Origin: Chitinophagales bacterium | Lineage (GTDB): Bacteria > Bacteroidota > Bacteroidia > Chitinophagales > JADIYW01 | DNA length: 64,000 nucleotides | Assembly: GCA_044227665.1 (NCBI GenBank) | Contig: JBGAWK010000004.1 | Coordinates: forward strand, 10,901-74,900 | Direction: 5' to 3' | Part shown: piece after piece, positions 50,701-58,802 of the stretch | How the letters are laid out: every line of letters begins with the position of its first letter | Position numbering within the stretch: position 1 is the first letter of the stretch | Position numbers and translations under genes: made by a program | Notes under the pieces: generated by a model | The model's input: the letters and a program-made list of their open reading frames with translations, nothing else | Databases searched by the model: none | Told to the model about the DNA's origin: nothing

Positions 50701-52283
50701 CTTCCTATACTGTATCTGCTCCATCTGGAGATATACGTATAAAAATGCGAAAAAATTGTAATGGTGCTGGATGTAATATTAGTAATGAAACATTATACTC
50801 TTGGGATGTATTTACTAAGTCAACAGATCCTATATCTTTAACACCTACAGCAACTTATGTATGTGATGGAAGTACTGTTTACTTATTAGTAAATGGTGGA
50901 TCTCTAGGAAATGATGGCTCTCAATGGTATCTTTATGATGCAGATCCCAATGCAGGAGGTAATTTATTAGCATCCAATGCTTCGGGATTCTTTACAATAT
51001 CTAACATATCTGGCACCTATGACTATTATGTAAGAGCTGAGGGAGATTGTGGTGTAACTAATACTGTAAATGCACTTGTAGTAACTTCTGCAGGTACAGA
51101 TGCCTCTACTTATGATGATTGTCTTGTTTCATCAACTACATCAAATACTTGTAATGTTAGTGGCTCTCAAACACATTACTTTGTTAACTCATCAAATTGT
51201 GAAATATTCCAAATAAATTCTAATGGTGCTAATCTAGGAAGTACCACATTAACTAGTACCGTTGCAGGAAATGGTCCTGTTGGAGATGGTGGTGATTTTG
51301 CAAGTTGTGATGTAGCTAGCGGTGGTCCTGGTGGAGAATACCATGTGGAAAGGGTCTTTAACTTCTCTTCTGCAAATAGTCCAAGTGGTGCTAATATTAC
51401 GCTTACACAATGTATTACAGATGCTGAATACAATAATTATGAGGGCTTAGCTGCATTCACAGATCCAGACTATCAGAGATGTTATGGGACTACAACAACT
51501 GCTGCAGACCTATCAATAACATGCTTTAATAGTGCAGGTAACGTAGCCTATGTAGGCTCTCCTACCTATTCATCCAAAACGCTTGGAGGAAATACTGTAC
51601 ACTGTTATACATTTACTATTGCAAGTAGTAACCTTAGAACTAGAGGAATAAGTGAATCCAATATTACTGCCTATGGTGATTGTGAGTGCTATCTTCACTC
51701 CTCTGGTGGAGAAGGTGGTCCTCTTCCTATAGAACTTACGAACTTTACGGGTACTTATACCAATAATGCCGTAAGATTAGATTGGGCTACTGCATCAGAA
51801 AAAAATAATGACTACTTTGAACTATTACGTTCTACTGATGGTACAAATTTTGAAGTCGTTGCAACCCTAGATTCAAAAGCTCCTTTTGGCACATCTAATT
51901 ATGTAATTAACTATGAATACACAGACAACAATGTTGTAGGTGGGGTTGTATATTATCAATTGAAACAAACGGACTTTGATGGTACAACATCACTATCTAA
52001 GGTAGTATCCGTAGAAATTCCACAACAATTACTAATTAGTGATTTCCGTCCTAATCCTGCTAAAAATGATGTATCAGTAAAAATTAGTACTACAAGATCT
52101 ACTGACGTTCAGTTTGCATTAGTAAGTATTGATGGTAGAAGGGTAATAGAAAACAACTATAGCTTCAGTAAAGGTGTAAGCCAAATAAATGTAAACCTTT
52201 CAGGATTAGCTTCAGGTACTTATATCGGAGAGTTCATTATAGATGGTATTAAGTATAACAAAAAACTTGTTATCACTCAGTAG
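47799..52283 (+). CDS. Large Cys/Thr/Gly-rich T9SS cargo protein with internal repeats
   Basis: Signal peptide; PPC-like (DT.IRIY..DG..MASNDD) and PA14-like (DDDIRVFVNG) segments; PLPIELTNFTG module; CTD 'FRPNPA...GTY...KKLVI'. Confidence 0.88.
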   Translation: MKKNLLILSLTLLYLAKSYGQLADITYSIRTGNITSYENATGGDCWETGTEEYTGYLDSWDNVNSTWVGTGCQTCDNNGNCTYASDIALQTRSNNAYTVTFRIDAWEDDKSGRCSYDGPSDDCRRNETNTTDIRELAYPSNGTYTNTSTWGSTGNHTYYFKCTWKYSGTANLITPSASCQSANVATGAIRSWSVNMTAGTTYAFSNYGSGADTKIRIYNTDGYTIMASNDDNGPHVAGSAASIEYTAPSTGTYYVELSNFDRSELTTNSTLSYWIKPTSIAGFGSNTWNILGYNKSDLALSSNTYVGYYNVNSLSYNTSSGPGIYTNTPTDATGWTGGCVHPDYHTVVAKRQGFPCKIYQLDIPNHDDDIRVFVNGNQVYEHLGCCDNHSNIWTGYLTSTSTIEVRHIDGVGGSNQGLTLTDVTTALNGGSIAGITNGTTICTGGDPGAFTSTASGSGGTIGITNGSPSAETYQWESSTTSSTTGYSNIGGATSTTYDPGALTATTWFRRRVTDACGTVSYSNVIQVVVVADPTAPTATKSPAVATVCAGATLTLTGPTAGAGGTGTCNFEYRYSFDGVGYTSWNTSVPSITAVTGTNYIEIRTNCSGIGCDISPTTSYSWTVAADPTAPTNTPTPSASTVCVGATLSVSAGGSSGGTGTCAYEYAIDPGTGTFGTWGATNSVTASSIGNGTYRIKSRRNCNGNGCDISPESAITSWTVVADPSAPTATKSPTDATVCAGQTLTLTSPTLGTGGTGTCNFEYRFNTGGGFSAWGSSVPSFTAVTGANTIEIRTNCNGNSCDASPASSYSWTVAADPSAPTGMTKSPNDASVCVGATLTVTGAAAGTGGTGTCNVEYRYSTDNGGNYSGWSTSVPSISTVVGTTIIQASTLCTGLGCDRSATSQVSWVVEPDPSAPTATKSPNLTYVCDGEVVTLTNITDNGGGTGTCDIEYALDNGSGSYGSWTTTIPSYTVSAPSGDIRIKMRKNCNGAGCNISNETLYSWDVFTKSTDPISLTPTATYVCDGSTVYLLVNGGSLGNDGSQWYLYDADPNAGGNLLASNASGFFTISNISGTYDYYVRAEGDCGVTNTVNALVVTSAGTDASTYDDCLVSSTTSNTCNVSGSQTHYFVNSSNCEIFQINSNGANLGSTTLTSTVAGNGPVGDGGDFASCDVASGGPGGEYHVERVFNFSSANSPSGANITLTQCITDAEYNNYEGLAAFTDPDYQRCYGTTTTAADLSITCFNSAGNVAYVGSPTYSSKTLGGNTVHCYTFTIASSNLRTRGISESNITAYGDCECYLHSSGGEGGPLPIELTNFTGTYTNNAVRLDWATASEKNNDYFELLRSTDGTNFEVVATLDSKAPFGTSNYVINYEYTDNNVVGGVVYYQLKQTDFDGTTSLSKVVSVEIPQQLLISDFRPNPAKNDVSVKISTTRSTDVQFALVSIDGRRVIENNYSFSKGVSQINVNLSGLASGTYIGEFIIDGIKYNKKLVITQ
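49380..50810 (+). repeat. Five tandem ~95-aa (about 280-290 bp) repeats in the T9SS protein
   Basis: Units 'V.ADP.APT.TKSP...VC.G.TL...GGTGTC..EY...W....PS.....C.G.GC.......SW' begin near 49380, 49662, 49950, 50229 and 50517. Confidence 0.88.
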
Positions 52284-52295
52284 TAATCCTCTTTA

Positions 52296-52340
52296 TTTTA
52301 AATAAAAAAGGGAAGCATTGCTTCCCTTTTTTATTTAAAA
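52296..52340 (+). terminator. Intrinsic terminator after the T9SS gene
   Basis: 21-bp perfect inverted repeat TTTTAAATAAAAAAGGGAAGC-att-GCTTCCCTTTTTTATTTAAAA. Confidence 0.88.
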
Positions 52341-52369
52341 TTATTTACATTTATAATATAAAGAAAACT

Positions 52370-53926
52370 ATGTACGATTACGTAATCATTGGAAGTGGAT
52401 TTGGAGGTTCTGTCTCCGCATTAAGATTATCAGAAAAAGGGTATAAAGTTTTAGTGATAGAAAAAGGTAAATGGTTAGGAGCTAATGACTTCCCAAAGAC
52501 CAACTGGCAATTAAAAAAATGGCTCTGGATGCCAAGTATAGGATTACAGGGATTATTTAAGTTAACCTATTTTAGACATGTAGCCGTATTAAGTGGTGTA
52601 GGTGTAGGTGGAGGCTCATTAGTATATGCTAATACGCTACCCATACCTAAAGAAGAATTCTACACAACAGGGAGTTGGGCAAAATTAGATAATTGGCAAA
52701 AATCTCTTGAAGCGTATTATGCTTTGGCAAAAAAAATGCTAGGTGCTGAAAAACATCCCTATATAAGAAGACAGGACGAAGTGATGCGTACGCTCGCAGA
52801 GCGTATAGGAAAGCCAGAAGCATTTGACGCTACAGAAGTTGCTGTATATTTTGGAGAAGACGGCATTACTGTTCCTGACCCCTATTTTAATGGAAAAGGC
52901 CCTGATAGGACTGGTTGTAATCAATGTGGAGGATGTATGCTGGGTTGCAGATATAATGCAAAAAATACCTTAGATAAAAATTACCTTCATCTGGCACAGC
53001 AATTAGGCGCACAAATTATAGCTGAGAAAATAGTATATGACGTTAAGCCACTAAGTGAGGATGGTGGACAAGGCTATGAAATATTTTTCAAAGATGCCTT
53101 GAAAAGTATTATGCCTGAAAAAGATAGTATAAAAGCAAAAGGTATCATCTTTGCAGGAGGCGTACTGGGTACGGTAGCATTACTTCTAAAATTAAAAAAA
53201 TCTAGCCTTCCTAATTTATCCCATAAAGTTGGGGCAGATATACGCACAAATTCTGAAAGTTTAATTGGTGTCACAACCTTTGATAAAGACAAAAAATTTA
53301 GTGAGGGCATAGCTATTGGTTCTATTGTAAATATTGATAAACACACACATATAGAGCCCGTAAAATATGCCGATGGCAATGGTTTCTGGCGGTTATTTAT
53401 GGCTCCCATGGTACAAGGCAGTACGATTATAAGTCGCTTCTTTAGGATGATAAAAGATATTGTACTTCACCCTATTCAGAATCTTAAAATTTTTCTAGTA
53501 GATGATTGGTCCAAAAGAACCCAAATTCTTCTATACATGGAAAGTATAGACTCTACATTGCAATTCAAAAGAAATATATTTGGTGGTATGTCAACCTCTA
53601 TAGAACAGGGGAAAGCCCCTACGGCTTTCAATCCGCAAGCCCAAGTAATGGCAAACCACGTAGCTGATATTATTCATGGAAAACCTATGGTCATGAGTTC
53701 AGAAACCTTACTTGGTATCCCAACTACAGCACACATATTAGGTGGCGCAGTGATGGGTAGCGATGCATCTGAAGGCGTAATTGATAAAGATAATTATGTA
53801 TTTGGCTATAAAAATATGATGGTATGTGATGGCTCAATGATTTCTGCCAATCCAGGTGTAAATCCTTCCTTATCTATCACGGCAATATCAGAATATGCTA
53901 TGAGCAAGATACCAAATAAATCTTGA
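52370..53926 (+). CDS. GMC oxidoreductase, cholesterol oxidase (ChoD)-like
   Basis: IGSGFGGSV, GVGGGSLVYANT, CNQCGGCMLGC, TAHILGG, GVNPSLSI. Confidence 0.85.
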   Translation: MYDYVIIGSGFGGSVSALRLSEKGYKVLVIEKGKWLGANDFPKTNWQLKKWLWMPSIGLQGLFKLTYFRHVAVLSGVGVGGGSLVYANTLPIPKEEFYTTGSWAKLDNWQKSLEAYYALAKKMLGAEKHPYIRRQDEVMRTLAERIGKPEAFDATEVAVYFGEDGITVPDPYFNGKGPDRTGCNQCGGCMLGCRYNAKNTLDKNYLHLAQQLGAQIIAEKIVYDVKPLSEDGGQGYEIFFKDALKSIMPEKDSIKAKGIIFAGGVLGTVALLLKLKKSSLPNLSHKVGADIRTNSESLIGVTTFDKDKKFSEGIAIGSIVNIDKHTHIEPVKYADGNGFWRLFMAPMVQGSTIISRFFRMIKDIVLHPIQNLKIFLVDDWSKRTQILLYMESIDSTLQFKRNIFGGMSTSIEQGKAPTAFNPQAQVMANHVADIIHGKPMVMSSETLLGIPTTAHILGGAVMGSDASEGVIDKDNYVFGYKNMMVCDGSMISANPGVNPSLSITAISEYAMSKIPNKS

Positions 53927-55111
53927 TTATACCTTCAAGTTGGAGATAGCTATCCAGCACATAAGCCCTGCTCCTATTTCCAAGCAATCTTCATCTACAT
54001 CAAAAGTAGGGGTATGTATGCCAGATGTAATTCCTTTAGTTTTGTTGCCTGTGCCCAATCTATAAAAGCACGCAGGAACTACTTGTGAGTAATAGGAAAA
54101 ATCTTCTGCTGTCATGCGTATATCCAAAGGCATTACATTCTCTCTTCCTAGAAAAGCAATGGCAGCATTTTCTGCTATTTCTGTTAGATGTTCATCATTA
54201 TTCAGATACGGATAACCATGCTCAATTCTACATTCTGCCGAAGCCCCCATACTCTCTGCTACGGTATTCACGAGTGAGACAATTTTTTCCTTTGCTACAC
54301 CTCTCCATTGCTCATCAAAAGTCCTCAGTGTACCTTCCATAAATACCTTCTCAGGGATGACATTAGTAGCACCATCTGCTATAAATTTTCCTATTGTGAG
54401 CACTGTAGGCATAGTAGGATTGGCATTCCTGCTTACAATTTGTTGAAGGGCAACGACAATATGAGAAGCAACCAATACGGTATCTATAGCCAAATGTGGA
54501 ACAGCCCCATGTCCCCCTTTTCCTGTTACTGTGATAAAAATCTCATCACAAGATGCCATACTTAATCCTTTACGAAAAGCTACCTTGCCCACTTCAAGCT
54601 GAGGAAGTACATGCTGACCACAAATTCCGGAAACACTAGGATTTTCCAACACTCCTTCTTTTATCATTATTGATGCCCCACCGGGAAGTCGCTCCTCCGC
54701 AGGCTGAAATATAACCTTCACAGTACCCTCCCACTCATCTCTAAAATTTTGTAATAGTATGGCCGCTCCCAGCACACATGTAGTATGTACATCATGACCG
54801 CAAGCATGCATCACTCCATTATTACAAGATTTGTATATCACATCATTCTGTTCTTCTATGGGAAGAGCGTCCATATCTCCTCTTATTGCAAAAACCTTAC
54901 TATGTGGATTCTTACCCTCTATGATGGCTACTATACCATGTCCTCCAATATTTCTAGTGTATTTTATGGCAGCCTTTTCTAATTGTGCACATATATAAGA
55001 GGCGGTTTTCTCCTCGTGGAAGGACAATTCTGGATGCTGATGCAAATATCTACGCACCTCTACGAGATAGCCTTTGAGTGTACTCACTTTTGATTTTATA
55101 TTCTCAATCAT
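53927..55111 (-). CDS. M20D family amidohydrolase
   Basis: HQHPELS, RGDMDALP, MHACGHD, FQPAEE, GGHG, AEDF. Confidence 0.92.
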   Translation of the reverse strand: MIENIKSKVSTLKGYLVEVRRYLHQHPELSFHEEKTASYICAQLEKAAIKYTRNIGGHGIVAIIEGKNPHSKVFAIRGDMDALPIEEQNDVIYKSCNNGVMHACGHDVHTTCVLGAAILLQNFRDEWEGTVKVIFQPAEERLPGGASIMIKEGVLENPSVSGICGQHVLPQLEVGKVAFRKGLSMASCDEIFITVTGKGGHGAVPHLAIDTVLVASHIVVALQQIVSRNANPTMPTVLTIGKFIADGATNVIPEKVFMEGTLRTFDEQWRGVAKEKIVSLVNTVAESMGASAECRIEHGYPYLNNDEHLTEIAENAAIAFLGRENVMPLDIRMTAEDFSYYSQVVPACFYRLGTGNKTKGITSGIHTPTFDVDEDCLEIGAGLMCWIAISNLKV

Positions 55112-55207
55112 TCTTCCTAATTAGTAAATACAAAAATGATGATTTATAGTATATAATTTATGGTTTTGATAATAAATAAAAATCATAAAACATATAACTT
55201 TGTAATA

Positions 55208-55594
55208 GTGAGAAGGGTCTTGCCTATATTTTTTTTACTCTTATTTCTAAGTCAATATATAATAAAACTTGGCATTGTCATAAATTTCAATCTATTTCAG
55301 GAAGAAATTATCGCCAACTGCTGTATAAATAAAAACCGTCCAGAATTAGAATGTTATGGTAAATGCTATTTACAAAAACAAATACGCAGCGTGGACAATA
55401 ACAATCTCCCTGTTCAAAATAATGGAATAAAAAAGTTTCAAGAAACAGATTTATTTATCATAGAAGATATGGATTTTATTCCTAAGCTTTATACCAAGAC
55501 TTTAGAAAAAAGAATTTTTTCATTTTATGCCTCTTTTTTAATTGACCAAAATGCTCTTTTTGGCCTTTTGAAACCTCCACAAATGCTAGGGTGA
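55208..55594 (+). CDS. Cys-motif upstream ORF with C-terminal Pro-Pro (CruR/CutF-like candidate)
   Basis: GTG 55208, 5 nt after TAACTTTG; N-terminal hydrophobic segment; CINKNRPELECYGKCYL; ends LLKPPQMLG. Confidence 0.7.
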   Translation: MRRVLPIFFLLLFLSQYIIKLGIVINFNLFQEEIIANCCINKNRPELECYGKCYLQKQIRSVDNNNLPVQNNGIKKFQETDLFIIEDMDFIPKLYTKTLEKRIFSFYASFLIDQNALFGLLKPPQMLG

Positions 55595-55635
55595 ATTTCC
55601 ACTATTCTAAGCACATAATTTTTCACTCTATCATT
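55582..55635 (+). promoter_or_regulatory. Predicted stem-loop from the uORF stop region to just before the next start codon
   Basis: AATG-C-TAGGGTGAA (55582-55595) pairs with TTCACTCTA-T-CATT (55622-55635); ATG at 55640. Confidence 0.5.
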
Positions 55636-55639
55636 AATC

Positions 55640-56572
55640 ATGAAAAAAGCAATATTTATTTGTTGCTATATGGCTATTGTATCTTTCAATATGGCATGTG
55701 ATATCTGCGGATGTTCGGCACGAGAAAATACACTAGGTATCTTGCCACAAATACAAAAAAATTTCATAGGCACAAGCTATCAATATAGAAGCTTTAGTTC
55801 TTCACATATACCTGACGATACATCAGATGATAATATAACTGGATTCAGTAAGGAAAAATATCATACACTTTCTCTAACAGGAATGTATTCACCCATATCC
55901 CGTTTGAAAATCACTGCTCAGTTGCCTTTCAATTTTTATAATAAAAACGAATATGGCACTAGTGTATATTCTAGAGGTATAGGTGATATTGCATTCATGG
56001 TCCTTGGAGAAGTTTATAGCACAAAACAGTGTAAACCAAACGGCATTAAACATTTACTAATGGCAGGTATAGGCACAAAGTTCCCTACAGGTAGCATCAA
56101 TAAAAAATATGGCATTGCAATTTTAGAGCAAAACATGCAAACTGGGACTGGATCTTTTGATTTTCCGTTTCTTGCATACTATGCACTTAAAACAAAAAAA
56201 TCAGGCATCAGGTCAGAATTACAATATATACTTAGCACCGAAAATAAAAAAGACTTTAAATTTGGCAATCGCTTTAGTGGTAATCTTCAGACTTGGTACT
56301 GGTATGAAAAGAAGCAATGGAATGTCATCCCCTTTGTAGGTGCGCAATTGGATTGGTCTGGAAAAGACAAAAATCTAGGTATAATTAATGATTATTCCGG
56401 TGGCTGTATGCTGAACGGGATGATAGGCACTGATGTATTTATCAAAAATTTCGGGTGGGGAGTTTCCGTTAAAACCCCTTTATATCAAAATATTGGAATG
56501 GGACACATTGACAACAAAATCAAGTGTAATATTCAATTTATTTATTTAATACAAAAAAACAAAAAATCATGA
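55640..56572 (+). CDS. Outer-membrane beta-barrel 'transporter' with N-terminal CDICGC motif
   Basis: Signal peptide then CDICGC; GIGDI, KFPTG and QTGTGS.D motifs of the MetA-pathway/transporter barrel type. Confidence 0.72.
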   Translation: MKKAIFICCYMAIVSFNMACDICGCSARENTLGILPQIQKNFIGTSYQYRSFSSSHIPDDTSDDNITGFSKEKYHTLSLTGMYSPISRLKITAQLPFNFYNKNEYGTSVYSRGIGDIAFMVLGEVYSTKQCKPNGIKHLLMAGIGTKFPTGSINKKYGIAILEQNMQTGTGSFDFPFLAYYALKTKKSGIRSELQYILSTENKKDFKFGNRFSGNLQTWYWYEKKQWNVIPFVGAQLDWSGKDKNLGIINDYSGGCMLNGMIGTDVFIKNFGWGVSVKTPLYQNIGMGHIDNKIKCNIQFIYLIQKNKKS

Positions 56573-56970
56573 AAAAACAATTTTTATTAGCACTAATAGC
56601 AATTACTTTATCGTCAATAATATCTTGCAAAAAAGATGAAGTAGATACTTCTATTGACCACGTACTTATCACTTCACCAACTACCGGACAGACCTTTGAT
56701 GCATTGGACACAGTACCCATAAGAGCCTTGTTACAAAACAATACAGAAATGCATGGACTTGTAGTATCTCTTGTAAACCTAAGTGATACTACTGTTGTCT
56801 TTCAAATGGATGAACATGTTCATGGCGTTTCGATAAACCTAGATACATTTTGGATAAATAATGTGATGATGCATTCAGATATGCGCTTATATATTACTGC
56901 AGAGATTGACCACGAAGGCACAACGGTAACAGATTCTGTAAATTTCCATTGCCATCCATCTATGCTATAA
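56569..56970 (+). CDS. His/Met-rich lipoprotein (putative metal-binding, Ig-like)
   Basis: Lipobox ISC-KKDE; EMHG, MDEHVHG, MMHSDM, DHEG, FHCHP. Confidence 0.7.
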   Translation: MKKQFLLALIAITLSSIISCKKDEVDTSIDHVLITSPTTGQTFDALDTVPIRALLQNNTEMHGLVVSLVNLSDTTVVFQMDEHVHGVSINLDTFWINNVMMHSDMRLYITAEIDHEGTTVTDSVNFHCHPSML

Positions 56971-56988
56971 TAAAACAAAAGAAAATTT

Positions 56989-57726
56989 ATGAAAAACTTT
57001 AAAATAGGATTTACTATCCTTATATCCATCTTTTTGCTTCTTTCATGTAAAAAAGAAGAAACTATTACCACTCCACAAACACTAAAGTTCCATTGGCATT
57101 CTATGGTAGGTGATGATGACGCAAAATTTGCTACGAATTACACTACCAATGGAATAAATTTTAATCTTAGTGACTGGAGATATTACGTATCTAATTTTGT
57201 GCTCATTAAATCTGATGGTACAGAATATCCTGTAGATGGAAGTGTATTTTTAATAAAAATCTCACAAGATGAATATGAATTAGAAAATATACCCACAGGT
57301 TCCTATAAAGGATTCCGTTTTTCGCTAGGTCTTGATTCCGCAACTAATCATAAAGACCCAACTACTTATGATGCCTCAAATCCTCTCGCAGTACAAAGCC
57401 CAGCAATATATTGGACCTGGAGTTCAGGCTACATCTTCATGAAAGTAGAGGGAAAATATGACTCTTCGATTGCTCAAACCGGCCCCATAAACCAACCTTT
57501 CTTTTATCATGTAGGAACTGACATGATGAAGCAAAGCATAGACTTTAGTACTCATGCATTTACGATCACTGAAGGTGGTAGCAATACTATACATATAAGT
57601 ATGGATATTTTAAAAATGCTTGACAAATTAGACCTTAGAACAGAGAATGCAACGCATACAATGGATAATATGCCATTGGCAACAAAAGTTAGAAATACTT
57701 GGACTAGTGTTTTTGAAGTAGAATAA
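56989..57726 (+). CDS. mbnP: MbnP family copper-binding lipoprotein
   Basis: Lipobox LSC; RYYVSN, G.Y.G.RF.LGLD..TNH, WxW motif YWTWSSGYIFMKVEG, YHVG. Confidence 0.82.
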   Translation: MKNFKIGFTILISIFLLLSCKKEETITTPQTLKFHWHSMVGDDDAKFATNYTTNGINFNLSDWRYYVSNFVLIKSDGTEYPVDGSVFLIKISQDEYELENIPTGSYKGFRFSLGLDSATNHKDPTTYDASNPLAVQSPAIYWTWSSGYIFMKVEGKYDSSIAQTGPINQPFFYHVGTDMMKQSIDFSTHAFTITEGGSNTIHISMDILKMLDKLDLRTENATHTMDNMPLATKVRNTWTSVFEVE

Positions 57727-57736
57727 TTTTTTCAAG

Positions 57737-57765
57737 TTAGGGAGCAAGCCTTGCTTGCTCCCTAA
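57737..57765 (+). other. Strong intergenic hairpin between mbnP and mbnH
   Basis: TTAGGGAGCAAGC-ctt-GCTTGCTCCCTAA; no U-tract follows. Confidence 0.8.
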
Positions 57766-57776
57766 TATATTATATT

Positions 57777-58757
57777 ATGATTCAGAAAATATCTATATTC
57801 ATCTTACTACTTCTGCTATTAGGTTGTAAAAAAGAGGAATATCATGCAGAAGAATATAAACTAAATATACCTATAGGTTTTCCCAAACCATCGATTCCTG
57901 CTGATAATATACCTACGTCAAAAAAAGTAGCATTAGGAAAAATGCTATTCTTTGATCCAATACTATCCCGTGACAGCACAATATCATGTGCTTCTTGTCA
58001 TTTTGAAGACAAAAAATTTACAGATGGGAATATAGTAAGTATTGGTATTGAAGGGAGAAAAGGGTTGAGAAATGCACCTTCATTAGTAAACGTAGCCTAC
58101 CTTCCAAATATGTTCTGGGATGGTGGAGTTCCAAATCTTGAACAGCAAATATTAGCTCCGATTGAAAACGTGAACGAAATGGACTTCAACGTACCTGAAG
58201 TCATTGAGCGTTTACTCAAAAATGATACATACAAACAATTATTTATAGAAGCATTTGACAGACTTCCTGATATATATACATTTACTAGAGCTATAGCCAG
58301 TTTTGAAAGAACGCTATATTCTGGGCTTTCACCGTATGATGATTATACCTATAACCACAATCACAATGCACTCAATGCCTCTGAGATTAGAGGTATGGAG
58401 ATTTTCATGGGCGAAAAGGGTGAGTGTTTCCATTGTCATGGATCCTATTTGTTTACTGATCATAGTTTTGCTAATAACGGTCTTTATGAATTTTATGCAG
58501 ATTCTGGCAGAGCAAGAATAACACTTCTACAGAAAGATGTAGGAATGTTCAAGGTCCCTTCTTTACGCAATATAGCTCATACTGCTCCCTATATGCATGA
58601 TGGTTCTCTAGCAACACTAGAGGATGTCATAGAGCATTACAATTCTGGTGGAAAAAATCATATCAATAAAAGTCCTATTATTAAACCTTTACACCTTACT
58701 GCTGAAGAAATAGAAGATCTTTTAGCATTTCTTCATGCATTATCTGACGATAAATAA
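57777..58757 (+). CDS. mbnH: MbnH-like di-heme cytochrome c peroxidase/MauG family lipoprotein
   Basis: Two CxxCH motifs (CASCH, CFHCH), RNAPSL, FWDG, FKVPSLRN..TAPYMHDG; directly after mbnP. Confidence 0.82.
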   Translation: MIQKISIFILLLLLLGCKKEEYHAEEYKLNIPIGFPKPSIPADNIPTSKKVALGKMLFFDPILSRDSTISCASCHFEDKKFTDGNIVSIGIEGRKGLRNAPSLVNVAYLPNMFWDGGVPNLEQQILAPIENVNEMDFNVPEVIERLLKNDTYKQLFIEAFDRLPDIYTFTRAIASFERTLYSGLSPYDDYTYNHNHNALNASEIRGMEIFMGEKGECFHCHGSYLFTDHSFANNGLYEFYADSGRARITLLQKDVGMFKVPSLRNIAHTAPYMHDGSLATLEDVIEHYNSGGKNHINKSPIIKPLHLTAEEIEDLLAFLHALSDDK

Positions 58758-58802
58758 TTATACAATATAGAGTAAACATAAAATACGTATTACCTTTGCC
58801 TG

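Noticed and set aside
49380-50810. CRISPR array or DGR-type repeats
   Set aside because: The repeats are ~285 bp, in-frame and diverged at synonymous sites; no spacers, cas or reverse transcriptase genes
56989-58757. Methanobactin biosynthesis cluster
   Set aside because: No mbnA precursor, mbnB/C or TonB transporter in the neighbourhood
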